Shown one piece after another: positions 10,392 to 19,914 of a stretch of 64,000 nt of DNA. The DNA comes from Pseudomonadota bacterium. GTDB taxonomy: Bacteria; Myxococcota; JACRCW01; JAFGSX01. How positions within the stretch are numbered: position 1 is the first letter of the stretch; every line of letters begins with the position of its first letter. The notes under the pieces are model-generated. The model was not told the origin of the DNA, made no database searches, and worked only from the letters and a program-made list of their open reading frames with translations. The stretch covers positions 160,001 through 224,000 of the forward strand of contig JBDRCO010000037.1 in assembly GCA_043821645.1 (NCBI GenBank), written 5' to 3'. A program made the translations under genes and the position numbers.

Positions 10392-11377
10392 TCGCGCTCC
10401 CCCCGGCTCTGGCGATCCAGCCAGTCCGTGAAGAACACCTCGACCGCCGCGGCCACACCCACCACCGCCGCAGCGACATACAGGCTGGTCCGTGCGACGT
10501 CCCAGCCCTCGGCCTGGCGCTGCCGGTCTTGCAGCGAGGTGTAGGGGACAGGATCGCCTGGGGCCACGCTGGACGCGGCGAGCTCGTTGAACGCCGCGTA
10601 GCTCAGCCCCGCCATGACCGTCGCGCCCCCGCCGGCGAGGGCCAGCAGGGCCGTGGCGCCAGCCGTCGACGCGAAGACCCAGACCGGCAGCGGGGGAGGG
10701 TTGAGATCGAGCGCCACCTCGGCATCGACGCCACGTCGGGCTCCGACGACCAGCGCCTGCTCCGGGAACAGTTGTTCGACGGCCGGGCCGAGGGCCGCCA
10801 GGAACTCCTCGCCGTTATCGGGGGTGAGCCTGCGCTCCACCGAACCCCTGGCCTGGGCGTTCAACATGTCCAGGCGGCGCAGGCTGAGCACGCTGGTCTG
10901 CCCGACCCGGGTCAGGCTGCCGGTGACCAGCTCGTCGACACCCAGGGCACCGGCGATCTCGCCCAGGCAACTTTCCTGGTCGCAGCCCAGCAGCTGCTTG
11001 CTGGCCTCGTGCGCCAGCATGGCGCGGATCTCGTCCATGCCGATGGCGTTGACGCCCTTCAGCTTACGCAGCTCGGTGGTCAGCGCATCCGTGGTGAGGC
11101 GGCCGACGCGGGCGGGCACACCCTCGACCCGCAGCTCGTACACGGCGATGCGAAGCTCGTCGGGCACCCCGAGGCGTGTCTTCGCGTCGACGGTGGTTGC
11201 CGTCGATGTCGGAGCTTCCAGGTCCGCCTCGAGTGGGGCCGGCGCGGTCGACGGTGCATCGCCTGGCAAGGCGCGTGCTACACCTGGCAGGACCAGGGCG
11301 AGGAGAGCGCCCAGCCACAGCTCGACCCGGAGCACGTGCGACCCGCGATGCACTTGCTGGGCTGTCTCGGGCTGCAT
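10388..11377 (-). CDS. Exported/membrane protein with a CsgG/TolB-N-like alpha/beta domain and two C-terminal hydrophobic helices
   Basis: AAGGAGG RBS before ATG 11377; IAVYEL...LLGCDQESCLGEIAGALGVDELVTGSL pattern; hydrophobic C-terminal segments. The fold is inferred. Confidence 0.6.
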   Translation of the reverse strand: MQPETAQQVHRGSHVLRVELWLGALLALVLPGVARALPGDAPSTAPAPLEADLEAPTSTATTVDAKTRLGVPDELRIAVYELRVEGVPARVGRLTTDALTTELRKLKGVNAIGMDEIRAMLAHEASKQLLGCDQESCLGEIAGALGVDELVTGSLTRVGQTSVLSLRRLDMLNAQARGSVERRLTPDNGEEFLAALGPAVEQLFPEQALVVGARRGVDAEVALDLNPPPLPVWVFASTAGATALLALAGGGATVMAGLSYAAFNELAASSVAPGDPVPYTSLQDRQRQAEGWDVARTSLYVAAAVVGVAAAVEVFFTDWLDRQSRGERE

Positions 11378-11414
11378 GGTGCCGGTGCCTCCTTCACGGC
11401 GGGTGGAGAACCCC

Positions 11415-11423
11415 ATTCTAGCA
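11415..11423 (-). promoter_or_regulatory. Extended -10 promoter candidate (TGcTAGAAT)
   Basis: TG-n-TAGAAT on the minus strand about 40 nt upstream of ATG 11377. Confidence 0.45.
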
Positions 11424-11564
11424 CCAGGATCGTGCCAGAGCCGAATCGGCAGCCGCCGCGCCGGAAACCAGCACGGTCCGGGATGACCCAGGTCGCGTCG
11501 AGGTCTGCGAGTGATCGGAGGGACTGTCAGGGAGGCGGTCGAGCTCAGGCGCGGGGGACGATCC

Positions 11565-14500
11565 TCAGTCGGCCGCGCCAGCCTTGTCGCCGGCCACCGC
11601 CTCGTCGCTGTAGCGCATCTCGGCGAGCTGGGAGTAAAAGCGCCAGCGCGCCTGGGCGGCGGTCTGCGCCATGTCGAGGAACTTGGCCGCCAGCTCTGGC
11701 TTGCTCTTGGTCAGCATCTTGTAGCGCGTCTCGCTGTAGGTGTATTCCTTCATCGAGATCTTGGGCGCCTTCGAGTCGAGCTTGAGGGGATTCTTGCCCT
11801 CGCGCGCCAGCAGCGGGTTGTAGCGGTACAGCACGATGTGACCGGAGTCGACGGCGGCCTTCTGGTGCTCCAGCCCCTTCTCCATGGGAATGCCGTGGGC
11901 GATGCAGTGGCTGTAAGCGATGATGAGCGAGGGACCCGGGTAGGCCTCGGCTTCGAGGAAGGCCTTGACGCACTGGGCGTCGTTGGCACCCATGGCGACC
12001 TGGGCCACGTAAATGTGGCCGTAGGTCATGGCGATGAGCCCGAGGTCCTTCTTGTTGATGGGCTTGCCGCTGGCCGCAAACTTGGCGACGGCGCCCACCG
12101 GGGTCGCCTTCGAGGCCTGGCCGCCGGTGTTGGAGTACACCTCGGTATCCAGCACCAGGGCGTTGACGTCGCGATTGTTGGCCAGCACGTGATCCAGGCC
12201 ACCGTAGCCGATGTCATAGGCCCAGCCGTCGCCACCAAACATCCACACGCTCTTGCGCACCAGGGCGTCGGCCACCGAGATCAGATTCTTGGCGTCGTTG
12301 GAGCTGTCCTTGTCGAGCTTGGTCTTGAGTTCGGCCACCCGGGCACGCTGCTCGGCGATGCCCTTCTCGGTGGTCTGGTCCGCCTCGAGCAGGCCCTGCA
12401 CCAGGTTGGCGCCCAGCGCGCCACCCATCTTGCCGAGGAGTTCGCGGGCGAACTGCCCATGCTTGTCCTGGGTCAGCCTGAAGCCCAGGCCGAACTCGGC
12501 ACAATCCTCGAACAGCGAGTTGTTCCAGGTCGGGCCGCGGCCGTCGCTGCGGGTGGTGTAGGGGGTGGTTGGCAGGTTGCCGCCGTAGATGGACGAGCAG
12601 CCCGTGGCGTTGGCGATGATCGCGCGGTCGCCGAAGAGCTGGGTCATCAGCTTGATGTACGGGGTCTCGCCGCAGCCGGAGCAGGCGCCCGAGTACTCGA
12701 ACAAGGGCTGCAGCACCTGGGAGCCCTTGACCGTGTGGATCTTGGGCAGGGTGCGATCGATCTCGGGCAGCTTGAGCAGGAAGTTGTAGTTGTCGCGCTC
12801 GGGCGCCCGCAGCGGGGGCTGCGCCGCCATCTCGAGAGACTTGTGGCTGACGTTGCTCTTGTCCTTGGCCGGGCAGACCTCGACGCAGAGCTGGCAGCCC
12901 GTGCAGTCCTCCGGCGCCACCTGCACCGAGTACACGGAGTTGGCCGGGAACTGCTTGTCCTTGGTCTCCCGCCATTTGAAGGTCGGCGGTGCGTCCTGGG
13001 TGAACTTCTTGTCGTAGACCTTGGTGCGAATGGCGGCGTGCGGGCAGACCATGGCGCACTTTCCGCACTCGATGCAGATCTTCTCGTCCCACACCGGGAT
13101 CTCGAGGGCGATGTTCCGCTTCTCGTACTGCGTGGTGCCCGTCGGGAAGCTGCCGTCCTTGGGGAAGGCCGACACCGGGATGTCGTCGCCCTTGCCCAGG
13201 ATGATCTGGCGCACCACCTGGTCGACGTACTCGGGGGCACCCTCGGGCACCGCGGGAGGACGCTTGAAGCTCGACGACACTTTGGCCGGAACCTTCACCT
13301 CGTGCAGGTTCTCCAGGGTCTTGTCCACGGCGTCGTAGTTGAGCTGGACGATGCGGTCGCCCTTGCCACCGTAGGTCTTCTTGATGGCGCCCTTGATGGC
13401 CGCGATGGCGTCGTCCTTGGGCAGCACGCCCGAGATGGCGAAGAAGCAGGTCTGCATGATCGTGTTGACGCGGTTGCCCATGTTCGCGTCCTGGGCGACC
13501 TGGTAGCCGTCGATCACGTAGAACTTGCACTTCTTGGCGATGAGGCTCTGCTGCACCTCGATGGGCAGGGTGTCCCACACCTTGTCCGCGGGCGCCTGGG
13601 TGTTGAGCAGGAAGGTGGCGCCGGGCAGCGCCTTGTCCAGCATGTCAAACTTCTCGAGGAACACGGTCTGGTGGCAGCCGATGAAGTGCGCCTGGTCGAT
13701 GAGGTAGGTCGAGCGGACGGGCTTCTTGCCGAAGCGCACGTGGCTCACGGTGACCGCGCCGGCCTTCTTGCTGTCATAGACGAAGTAGCCCTGGGCGTAG
13801 TTCTCGGTCTCGGTGCCGATGATCTTGATGGTGTTCTTGTTGGCGCCCACCGTGCCGTCGGAGCCTAGGCCGAAGAACAGGGCGCGAAAAACGCTGTTGT
13901 CCTCGGTCGAGAAGGTCGGGTCCCACGCGAGATTGGTGTGCGTCACGTCGTCGTGAATGCCCACCGTGAAGCCCTGCTTGGGCTTGTCCTTCTTCAACTC
14001 GTCAAACACGCCCTTGATCATCGCGGCGTTGAACTCCTTCGAACTCAGGCCGTAGCGGCCGCCGACGACGACGGGGAAGGTCTTGGTGGGCAGGGTGCCC
14101 TCGGCCTGCATCTCGGCCAGGGCCGTGACCACATCCTTGTACAGGGGCTCGCCGCCGGCGCCGGGCTCCTTGGTGCGATCCAGCACCGCGATCTTCTTGA
14201 CGCTGGCGGGCAGTGCCCTGGCCAGGTGCTCGCGGGAGAAGGGCCGGAACAGCCGCACCTTGACGAGGCCAATCTTCTCGCCCTTGGCCTGCAGGTACTC
14301 GACGGTCTCATGGGCGGCCTCGGTGCCCGAGCCCATGAGCACGATCACGCGCTCGGCGTCGGGAGCGCCCTCGTAGTCGAACAGGTGGTAGCTCCGACCA
14401 ACCACCTTGGCGAAGCGGTCCATGGCCTTCTGCACAATGGCCGGGCAGGCGTCGTAGTAGGGGTTCACCGTCTCGCGGGCTTGGAAGAACACGTCGGGGT

Positions 14501-15161
14501 TCTGCGAGGTGCCGCGCAGCACGGGGTGGTCCGGCGACATGGCGCGGGCGCGGTGGGCCCGCACCAGCTCGTCGTCGATCATCTGGCGCAGATCATCGTC
14601 GCTGAGCTCCTCGATCTTGGCCACCTCGTGGGAGGTGCGGAAGCCATCGAAGAAGTGCACGAAGGGCACCCGCGCTTCCAGTGACGCGGCCTGGGCGATG
14701 GCGACCGTGTCTCCGACTTCCTGCACCGAGCCCGAAGCGAGCAGGCCCCAGCCCGTGGCGCGCACGGCCATGATGTCCGAGTGATCGCCGAAGATGGACA
14801 GGGCGTGGGTGGCCAGGGTGCGGGCCGAGACGTGAAACACCGTCGAGGTCAGCTCGCCCGCCACCTTGAACATGGTCGGGATCATCAGCAGCAGGCCTTG
14901 GGAGGCGGTGAAGGTCGTGGTCAGGGCTCCCGTCTGCAGGGCGCCGTGCACCGCGGCCGCGGCTCCACCCTCGCTCTGCATCTCGACCACGTCGGGGACC
15001 GTGCCCCAGATGTTGGTCTTGCCCTGGGCGGACCACTCATCCGCCCATTCACCCATGTTCGAAGAGGGGGTGATCGGATAGATGGCGCAGATCTCGTTGA
15101 TGCGGTGGGCAACGTTGGCAGCGGCTTCATTGCCATCGATGGTGAGGATATTGCGGCTCAT
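11565..15161 (-). CDS. nifJ: Pyruvate:ferredoxin (flavodoxin) oxidoreductase, single chain
   Basis: YPITPS, EMQSEGGA, two ferredoxin CxxCxxCxxxCP motifs, GACSGCGET and GGDGWAYDIG TPP motif; AAGGAG RBS before ATG 15161. Confidence 0.97.
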   Translation of the reverse strand: MSRNILTIDGNEAAANVAHRINEICAIYPITPSSNMGEWADEWSAQGKTNIWGTVPDVVEMQSEGGAAAAVHGALQTGALTTTFTASQGLLLMIPTMFKVAGELTSTVFHVSARTLATHALSIFGDHSDIMAVRATGWGLLASGSVQEVGDTVAIAQAASLEARVPFVHFFDGFRTSHEVAKIEELSDDDLRQMIDDELVRAHRARAMSPDHPVLRGTSQNPDVFFQARETVNPYYDACPAIVQKAMDRFAKVVGRSYHLFDYEGAPDAERVIVLMGSGTEAAHETVEYLQAKGEKIGLVKVRLFRPFSREHLARALPASVKKIAVLDRTKEPGAGGEPLYKDVVTALAEMQAEGTLPTKTFPVVVGGRYGLSSKEFNAAMIKGVFDELKKDKPKQGFTVGIHDDVTHTNLAWDPTFSTEDNSVFRALFFGLGSDGTVGANKNTIKIIGTETENYAQGYFVYDSKKAGAVTVSHVRFGKKPVRSTYLIDQAHFIGCHQTVFLEKFDMLDKALPGATFLLNTQAPADKVWDTLPIEVQQSLIAKKCKFYVIDGYQVAQDANMGNRVNTIMQTCFFAISGVLPKDDAIAAIKGAIKKTYGGKGDRIVQLNYDAVDKTLENLHEVKVPAKVSSSFKRPPAVPEGAPEYVDQVVRQIILGKGDDIPVSAFPKDGSFPTGTTQYEKRNIALEIPVWDEKICIECGKCAMVCPHAAIRTKVYDKKFTQDAPPTFKWRETKDKQFPANSVYSVQVAPEDCTGCQLCVEVCPAKDKSNVSHKSLEMAAQPPLRAPERDNYNFLLKLPEIDRTLPKIHTVKGSQVLQPLFEYSGACSGCGETPYIKLMTQLFGDRAIIANATGCSSIYGGNLPTTPYTTRSDGRGPTWNNSLFEDCAEFGLGFRLTQDKHGQFARELLGKMGGALGANLVQGLLEADQTTEKGIAEQRARVAELKTKLDKDSSNDAKNLISVADALVRKSVWMFGGDGWAYDIGYGGLDHVLANNRDVNALVLDTEVYSNTGGQASKATPVGAVAKFAASGKPINKKDLGLIAMTYGHIYVAQVAMGANDAQCVKAFLEAEAYPGPSLIIAYSHCIAHGIPMEKGLEHQKAAVDSGHIVLYRYNPLLAREGKNPLKLDSKAPKISMKEYTYSETRYKMLTKSKPELAAKFLDMAQTAAQARWRFYSQLAEMRYSDEAVAGDKAGAAD

Positions 15162-15306
15162 CGGTATCTCCTTAGCGTGGCACCAGAGGGGCGGACCTCG
15201 AGGTCCGTGGGCCCGTCTCATACGTGCCGCCTGCACGAAGGGCAACGGTTATTTCCGACGCCGGGAGGCTGTGCGGACCCTTGTTTTTTTGTCTCGACCC
15301 ATCGCA

Positions 15307-15336
15307 TTGACATCGCGGCCGGTTCTGATAGGTAAT
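15307..15336 (+). promoter_or_regulatory. Candidate sigma70 promoter for mglBA
   Basis: Perfect TTGACA at 15307-15312, but only a weak -10 (TAGGTA or GGTAAT, 16-18 nt downstream). Confidence 0.35.
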
Positions 15337-15466
15337 GGGCCGCTCCCGAGGAGGAGGCCTCGGCTGCCATCGCTGTGATGGCGCCGGCGGTGCAACGACT
15401 CGACGGGAACCGATAACTTTCGCGCTTTGCAGCTGCCGGGGCGAGCGCGCCGGACATGAGGGCGGC

Positions 15467-15943
15467 ATGAACTCCCAGTTTGTGATGTACGAGGAGGAGT
15501 TCAAGCATATCCATGCGGTCTGCACCCGTTTGACCCGCGATGCGAATGCCAAGGTGGTCTTCCTCGTGGACAAGAATGGCCAGCTCATCGCGGCCACGGG
15601 CGAGGTCGCCAACCTGGACACCACGAGCCTGGCCTCGCTGACTGCGGGTAACATCGCCGCCACCGGCGGCATTGCCAAGCTGATCAACGAGAAGGAGTTC
15701 TCGCAGATCTTCCACGAGGGGGAGCGCGACAACCTTCACATCAGCATCGTGGGTCAGCGCGTGATCCTCGTCGTCATCTTTGATCACCGGTCGTCACTGG
15801 GACTGGTCCGGCTGCGGGTCAAGCGCGCCAGCGAGGAACTCAATGCGGTGTTCCTGCAGCTGGCCCAGAAGAGCGGGCAACCGAGTGCGATGTCGCCGTT
15901 CGCCGAGATCACCGACGACGACATCGACTCGCTTTTCAGCTAG
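15467..15943 (+). CDS. mglB: MglB, Roadblock/LC7 GTPase-activating protein
   Basis: VMYEEE, VFLVDKNGQLIA, SLASLTAGN, SSLGLVRLRV and the C-terminal FAEITDDDID-LF. Confidence 0.96.
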   Translation: MNSQFVMYEEEFKHIHAVCTRLTRDANAKVVFLVDKNGQLIAATGEVANLDTTSLASLTAGNIAATGGIAKLINEKEFSQIFHEGERDNLHISIVGQRVILVVIFDHRSSLGLVRLRVKRASEELNAVFLQLAQKSGQPSAMSPFAEITDDDIDSLFS

Positions 15944-16025
15944 GGGGCGTGCCGGGCACCCGTGAGGGACGCGGCCGGTACACTGAACGTGAGGCGGTCA
16001 GGGGCTCTGAAAGAGGACGCAGTCG

Positions 16026-16616
16026 ATGTCGTTCATCAACTATTCATCGCGCGAGATCAACTGCAAGATCGTGTACTACGGTCCCGGCCTGTGCGGGAAG
16101 ACGACCAACCTGCAGTACGTCTACAACAAGACCAGTCCCGACGCGAAGGGCAAGATGATCTCCCTCGCGACCGAGACCGAACGCACCCTGTTCTTTGACT
16201 TTCTGCCCTTGTCCCTCGGCGAGATCCGTGGCTTCAAGACGCGCTTCCACCTGTACACCGTTCCCGGTCAGGTGTTCTACGACGCCAGCCGCAAGCTGAT
16301 CCTCAAGGGCGTCGACGGCGTCGTGTTCGTGGCGGACTCGCAGATGGAGCGCATGGAGGCCAACCTCGAGTCCATCGAGAACCTCAAGATCAACCTCGCC
16401 GAGCAGGGCTACGACCTCAACAAGGTTCCGTACGTCATCCAGTACAACAAGCGAGATCTCCCGAGTGCCGCCACCGTCGAGGAGCTGCGACGCTTGCTCA
16501 ACGTCAATGGGGTTCCTGAGTTCCAGGCCACCGCCACCACCGGGGTGGGGGTGTTCGACACTCTCAAGGCCATCGCGAAGCTCGTGCTCCAGGAGCTCAA
16601 GAAGGGCGCGCCCTAG
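16026..16616 (+). CDS. mglA: MglA Ras-like polarity GTPase
   Basis: [40 protein letters not shown] and NKRD. Confidence 0.98.
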   Translation: MSFINYSSREINCKIVYYGPGLCGKTTNLQYVYNKTSPDAKGKMISLATETERTLFFDFLPLSLGEIRGFKTRFHLYTVPGQVFYDASRKLILKGVDGVVFVADSQMERMEANLESIENLKINLAEQGYDLNKVPYVIQYNKRDLPSAATVEELRRLLNVNGVPEFQATATTGVGVFDTLKAIAKLVLQELKKGAP

Positions 16617-16682
16617 GTCCGGACTGCAGCCAGAAGGGGAGGCCTCGCCGTCGTCCGTCGACGGACAGCAGGGGAAATCATC

Positions 16683-17465
16683 ATGCGACATCTCATGTTT
16701 CGCTTCGCGCTCTTGAGCGCTGCGTTGGTCTGGGGCGGTGTGCTGATGGCACAGGCCGAAGGCGAGACGACGGTCGAGGCCACGCCTCCCGCAGCCGGGG
16801 ACCCGTCGTCACCAGCCGCAGCGGGCACCGAGACAGCCGTGGATCCTGCTCCCGCTCCAGCGCCGGCCGCCGGTGCCTCGGATCTCAAGACCGCCGACGA
16901 GAGCTACGAGGTCAAGATCCGGGACATCGAGGAAAGGGTCAACGAGCTCAAGGAGAAGATCTTCCAGTCCAAGGTGCGCCTGCTGTCCCTGCAGGAGGCC
17001 GTGTTCACCGGCGTGTCGTCCGGTGCTCGCGCCGTGCTCACCCACCGCAACGAGATGGGCTCGACCTTCCGCCTCACCGAGCTGCACTACTTCATCGACG
17101 GGGCGCCACTCCGGCAGGAGGTCGACGCCACTGGCGAGACCCTCTCGGCCAAGGAAGAGATCCAGCTCTTCTCGGGCAACATCGTCCCCGGAAACCACCA
17201 GATCACCGTCAACCTCGTCTACAAGGGCCATGGCTACGGTGTGTTCGCCTACCTCGACGGCTACACCTTCCGCATCAAGTCCAGCTACACGTTCAAGGCG
17301 GAGGAAGGCAAGGAGACCGAGGTCAAGATCGTTGCCTTCGAGAAGGGTGGCTTCACGACCGAACTTAAGGACAGGCCTGCGGTCCGCTATGACATCGAGG
17401 TCAAGAAGCAGCAGCGCAGGAAGCAGAAGGCGGAGGGCGAGCAGGCAGCGCCCTCGGTGCCCTGA
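16683..17465 (+). CDS. Exported protein with an A/P linker, coiled coil and beta-sandwich
   Basis: Signal peptide (AQA), heptad segment IRDIEERVNELKEKI, beta-rich C-terminus; first gene after mglA. Confidence 0.75.
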   Translation: MRHLMFRFALLSAALVWGGVLMAQAEGETTVEATPPAAGDPSSPAAAGTETAVDPAPAPAPAAGASDLKTADESYEVKIRDIEERVNELKEKIFQSKVRLLSLQEAVFTGVSSGARAVLTHRNEMGSTFRLTELHYFIDGAPLRQEVDATGETLSAKEEIQLFSGNIVPGNHQITVNLVYKGHGYGVFAYLDGYTFRIKSSYTFKAEEGKETEVKIVAFEKGGFTTELKDRPAVRYDIEVKKQQRRKQKAEGEQAAPSVP

Positions 17466-17497
17466 CACGTGTCAACCCAGAGCGAGCAGGCGGGATC

Positions 17498-19914
17498 ATG
17501 ACAGGCGGATGTCGAGGCATCGCACGCATGGCAGGAGGCCTCCTCTTGTGTGCGCTGGTCGTGCCCGCCCGCGCCGCCACTCCCACCTCTCTCCGCAGCA
17601 AGTTGCAGAAGCTCGAGGGATCGCTGGTCCAGGCCAAGGCCGAGGTCTCCGCTCTTGAGCGGGAGCTGAGCAGCGTCCTCGAGTCCTCGCGCCTGAAGTG
17701 CATGGAAGCCCGCGCCGAAGGACGCCTGGCCGAGGGCGCGCAATGTGGAGCGGTCGAGGAGAAGGTCAGCGAGGGACAGATCCTGCTTGACCTCGGCGAA
17801 AATGACAGGGCTGCGATCATTCTTTATGACGTCGTCACCGCACCGGGATTCGAGCGCAGCTTCCTTTACGAAGAGGCGGTCTCCACCCTCGCCGAGGCCC
17901 TGTACCGCAGTGGCAACTACATCGTGGCCAGGACCTACTTCCGCAGTCTGGTGCAGCGCGGCGCGCGGCTCTACGCCGAGAACTCGATCCAGCGCTTGAT
18001 CGAGATCAGCGGTCGACTCAATGACTACGGAGATCTCGACAGCTTCTTTGAGGCCTATCGCAAGATGTCCGGCGGCAGCGTTCGCCCCGAGATCGCCTAT
18101 GTGCGCGCCAAGTCCCTGATTCATGCGGGCCGCTCCGGCGAGGCCCTGCCCTTGCTCGAAAAGATCCCGCGCAACCACAACCTGTGGATGCGGGCGCAGT
18201 ACCTCTCCGGTGTGGCCGTGCTGGCGCCGGGCGGCGAGGCCGCCTTGCAGCAGGCGCTGGACTTCTTCAAGCGTGTCGGCGAGCAAGCTCCGCGCGACGC
18301 TGACGAGAAGGAAGTCCGAGAACTCGGCTACCTGGCACAGGGGCGTCTGTATTACGAGCTGGGCGACCTGGTGACCTCCATCGACGCCTACCAGAACATC
18401 CCTCGTGACTCCGAACACTTTCACGACATGCTGTTCGAGGTTGCCTGGGCCTTCATCAAGCGAGGGCAGTTGCTGTACGACCAGCCCGACCTGGCCCGGG
18501 CCGAATTTCGCAAGGCCCTGCAGGCTCTGGATCTCATCGTGGCACCTGGCAGCCGGCTCGAGCCCGAGATCGCGATCCTGCGCGGCAACCTGCTGCTCCG
18601 TCTCAGCGACTACGACGAAGCCACCAGCTCTTTCGCCGAGGTGGTGGGTCGTTACCAGACCACCGTGGACCAGCTCGAGGCCCTGATGGCCGAGCGTGGT
18701 GACGCCAGCCAGTTGCTCGAGGACATCCTGGCCGCCGACGAAAAGTCGCTGACGGTCAACACGCTGCTGCCCCCCCTGGCTGCCCGCTGGGCGCAGGGCC
18801 AGGAGGAGATCGACCAGGCGCTGCGGGTCTACAAGGACCTGCGCTACAGCAAGACCGAGCTGATCGAGACACGCAAGGTCATCGACAAGCTTCGTGCGGC
18901 GCTGGATTCGCCAAACCGCACCGAGCTGCTGCCTGCTTTCGGTGAGATCCACACACGCGGTCTCAATACCTACGACGCCCTGATAGGGTTGCGCAGTGTG
19001 CTGGTGGGCGTGCAGGGTGAGCTCCTCGACGCGACCAGGATTCCCGGCTACGCCGAGGTGGTGGAGCGGCGCAAGGTCCTGGAGAAGAAGTTTGCCTCCA
19101 TCCCCAAGACCCGAGAGGGCCTGACCGATCGCATGAACCGCATCGCCCAGCGCATCGAGGGTCTCGAACGCGACGTGTTCCGCCTCTCCCTGGCGATCGA
19201 CGAGGCCAATGCCCAGATCAAGGCCATGGAAGTGTGGCTGGTCAGTGTCAAGCAGTCCGGCAAGCTCGGCGCCGGCGAGATCGAGTTGATGAACGGTCGC
19301 CTGGCCCAGGCTCGTGCCGAGGTCGAGTACCTGCGCGAGGAACAGCAGGGGCTGGCAGAACTGCTCAAGCGTGAACATGCCCAGCTCACCGTGTCCGGCG
19401 GGCGGGCGCGCAAGAAGCCGAGATCCGCGCCGAGCTGGAGCGCACCCTGGCCGAGGAGGCCGGGCTGCTGAGCGGGGCGCGCAGTGGCGTGGACGCGGAG
19501 ACCCAGCAGATGCTCACCGAGGTCGACACGGTCGCGGTCGAGCTCGAGAACGTCATCGGCCGCCTGGAACGGTTCCGCGGTGCGCTCGATGGTCACGTCG
19601 AGAGCTACGTCACGGAGATGAAGCGCGCGATCTCCCGCGAGGAGCGCCTGCTCGACGAGCACGAGCGCGAGACCCTGCGCTACCAGAACCAGGCCGGAGA
19701 TGTGGCCGCCGGAGCTGCGGTGCAGGCACTGCGCGGTGTGCGGAACGATTTCCACGACTTCGTGCTGCGCGCCGACGTCGGCCTGGTCGACATGTCGTGG
19801 CAGATGAAGAAAGAAAAGTCGGACGAGATCTCGAAGATGGTCAAGCGGCAGCGCGCCGAACTCAAGGCTCTGGATGTGGAGTTCGGCGAGGTGCTGAAGG
19901 ATGACGAGGAGTAG
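17498..19914 (+). pseudogene. GltC-like TPR/coiled-coil protein split by a frameshift near 19397-19410 (ORFs 17498-19471 and 19489-19914)
   Basis: TPR motifs (LAQGRLYYE, FEVAWAF). Frame 1 degenerates after ...LTVSGG, while the -1 frame reads AQEAEIRAELERTLAEE... directly into the 141-aa ORF. Could be a real lesion or a sequencing error. Confidence 0.7.
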
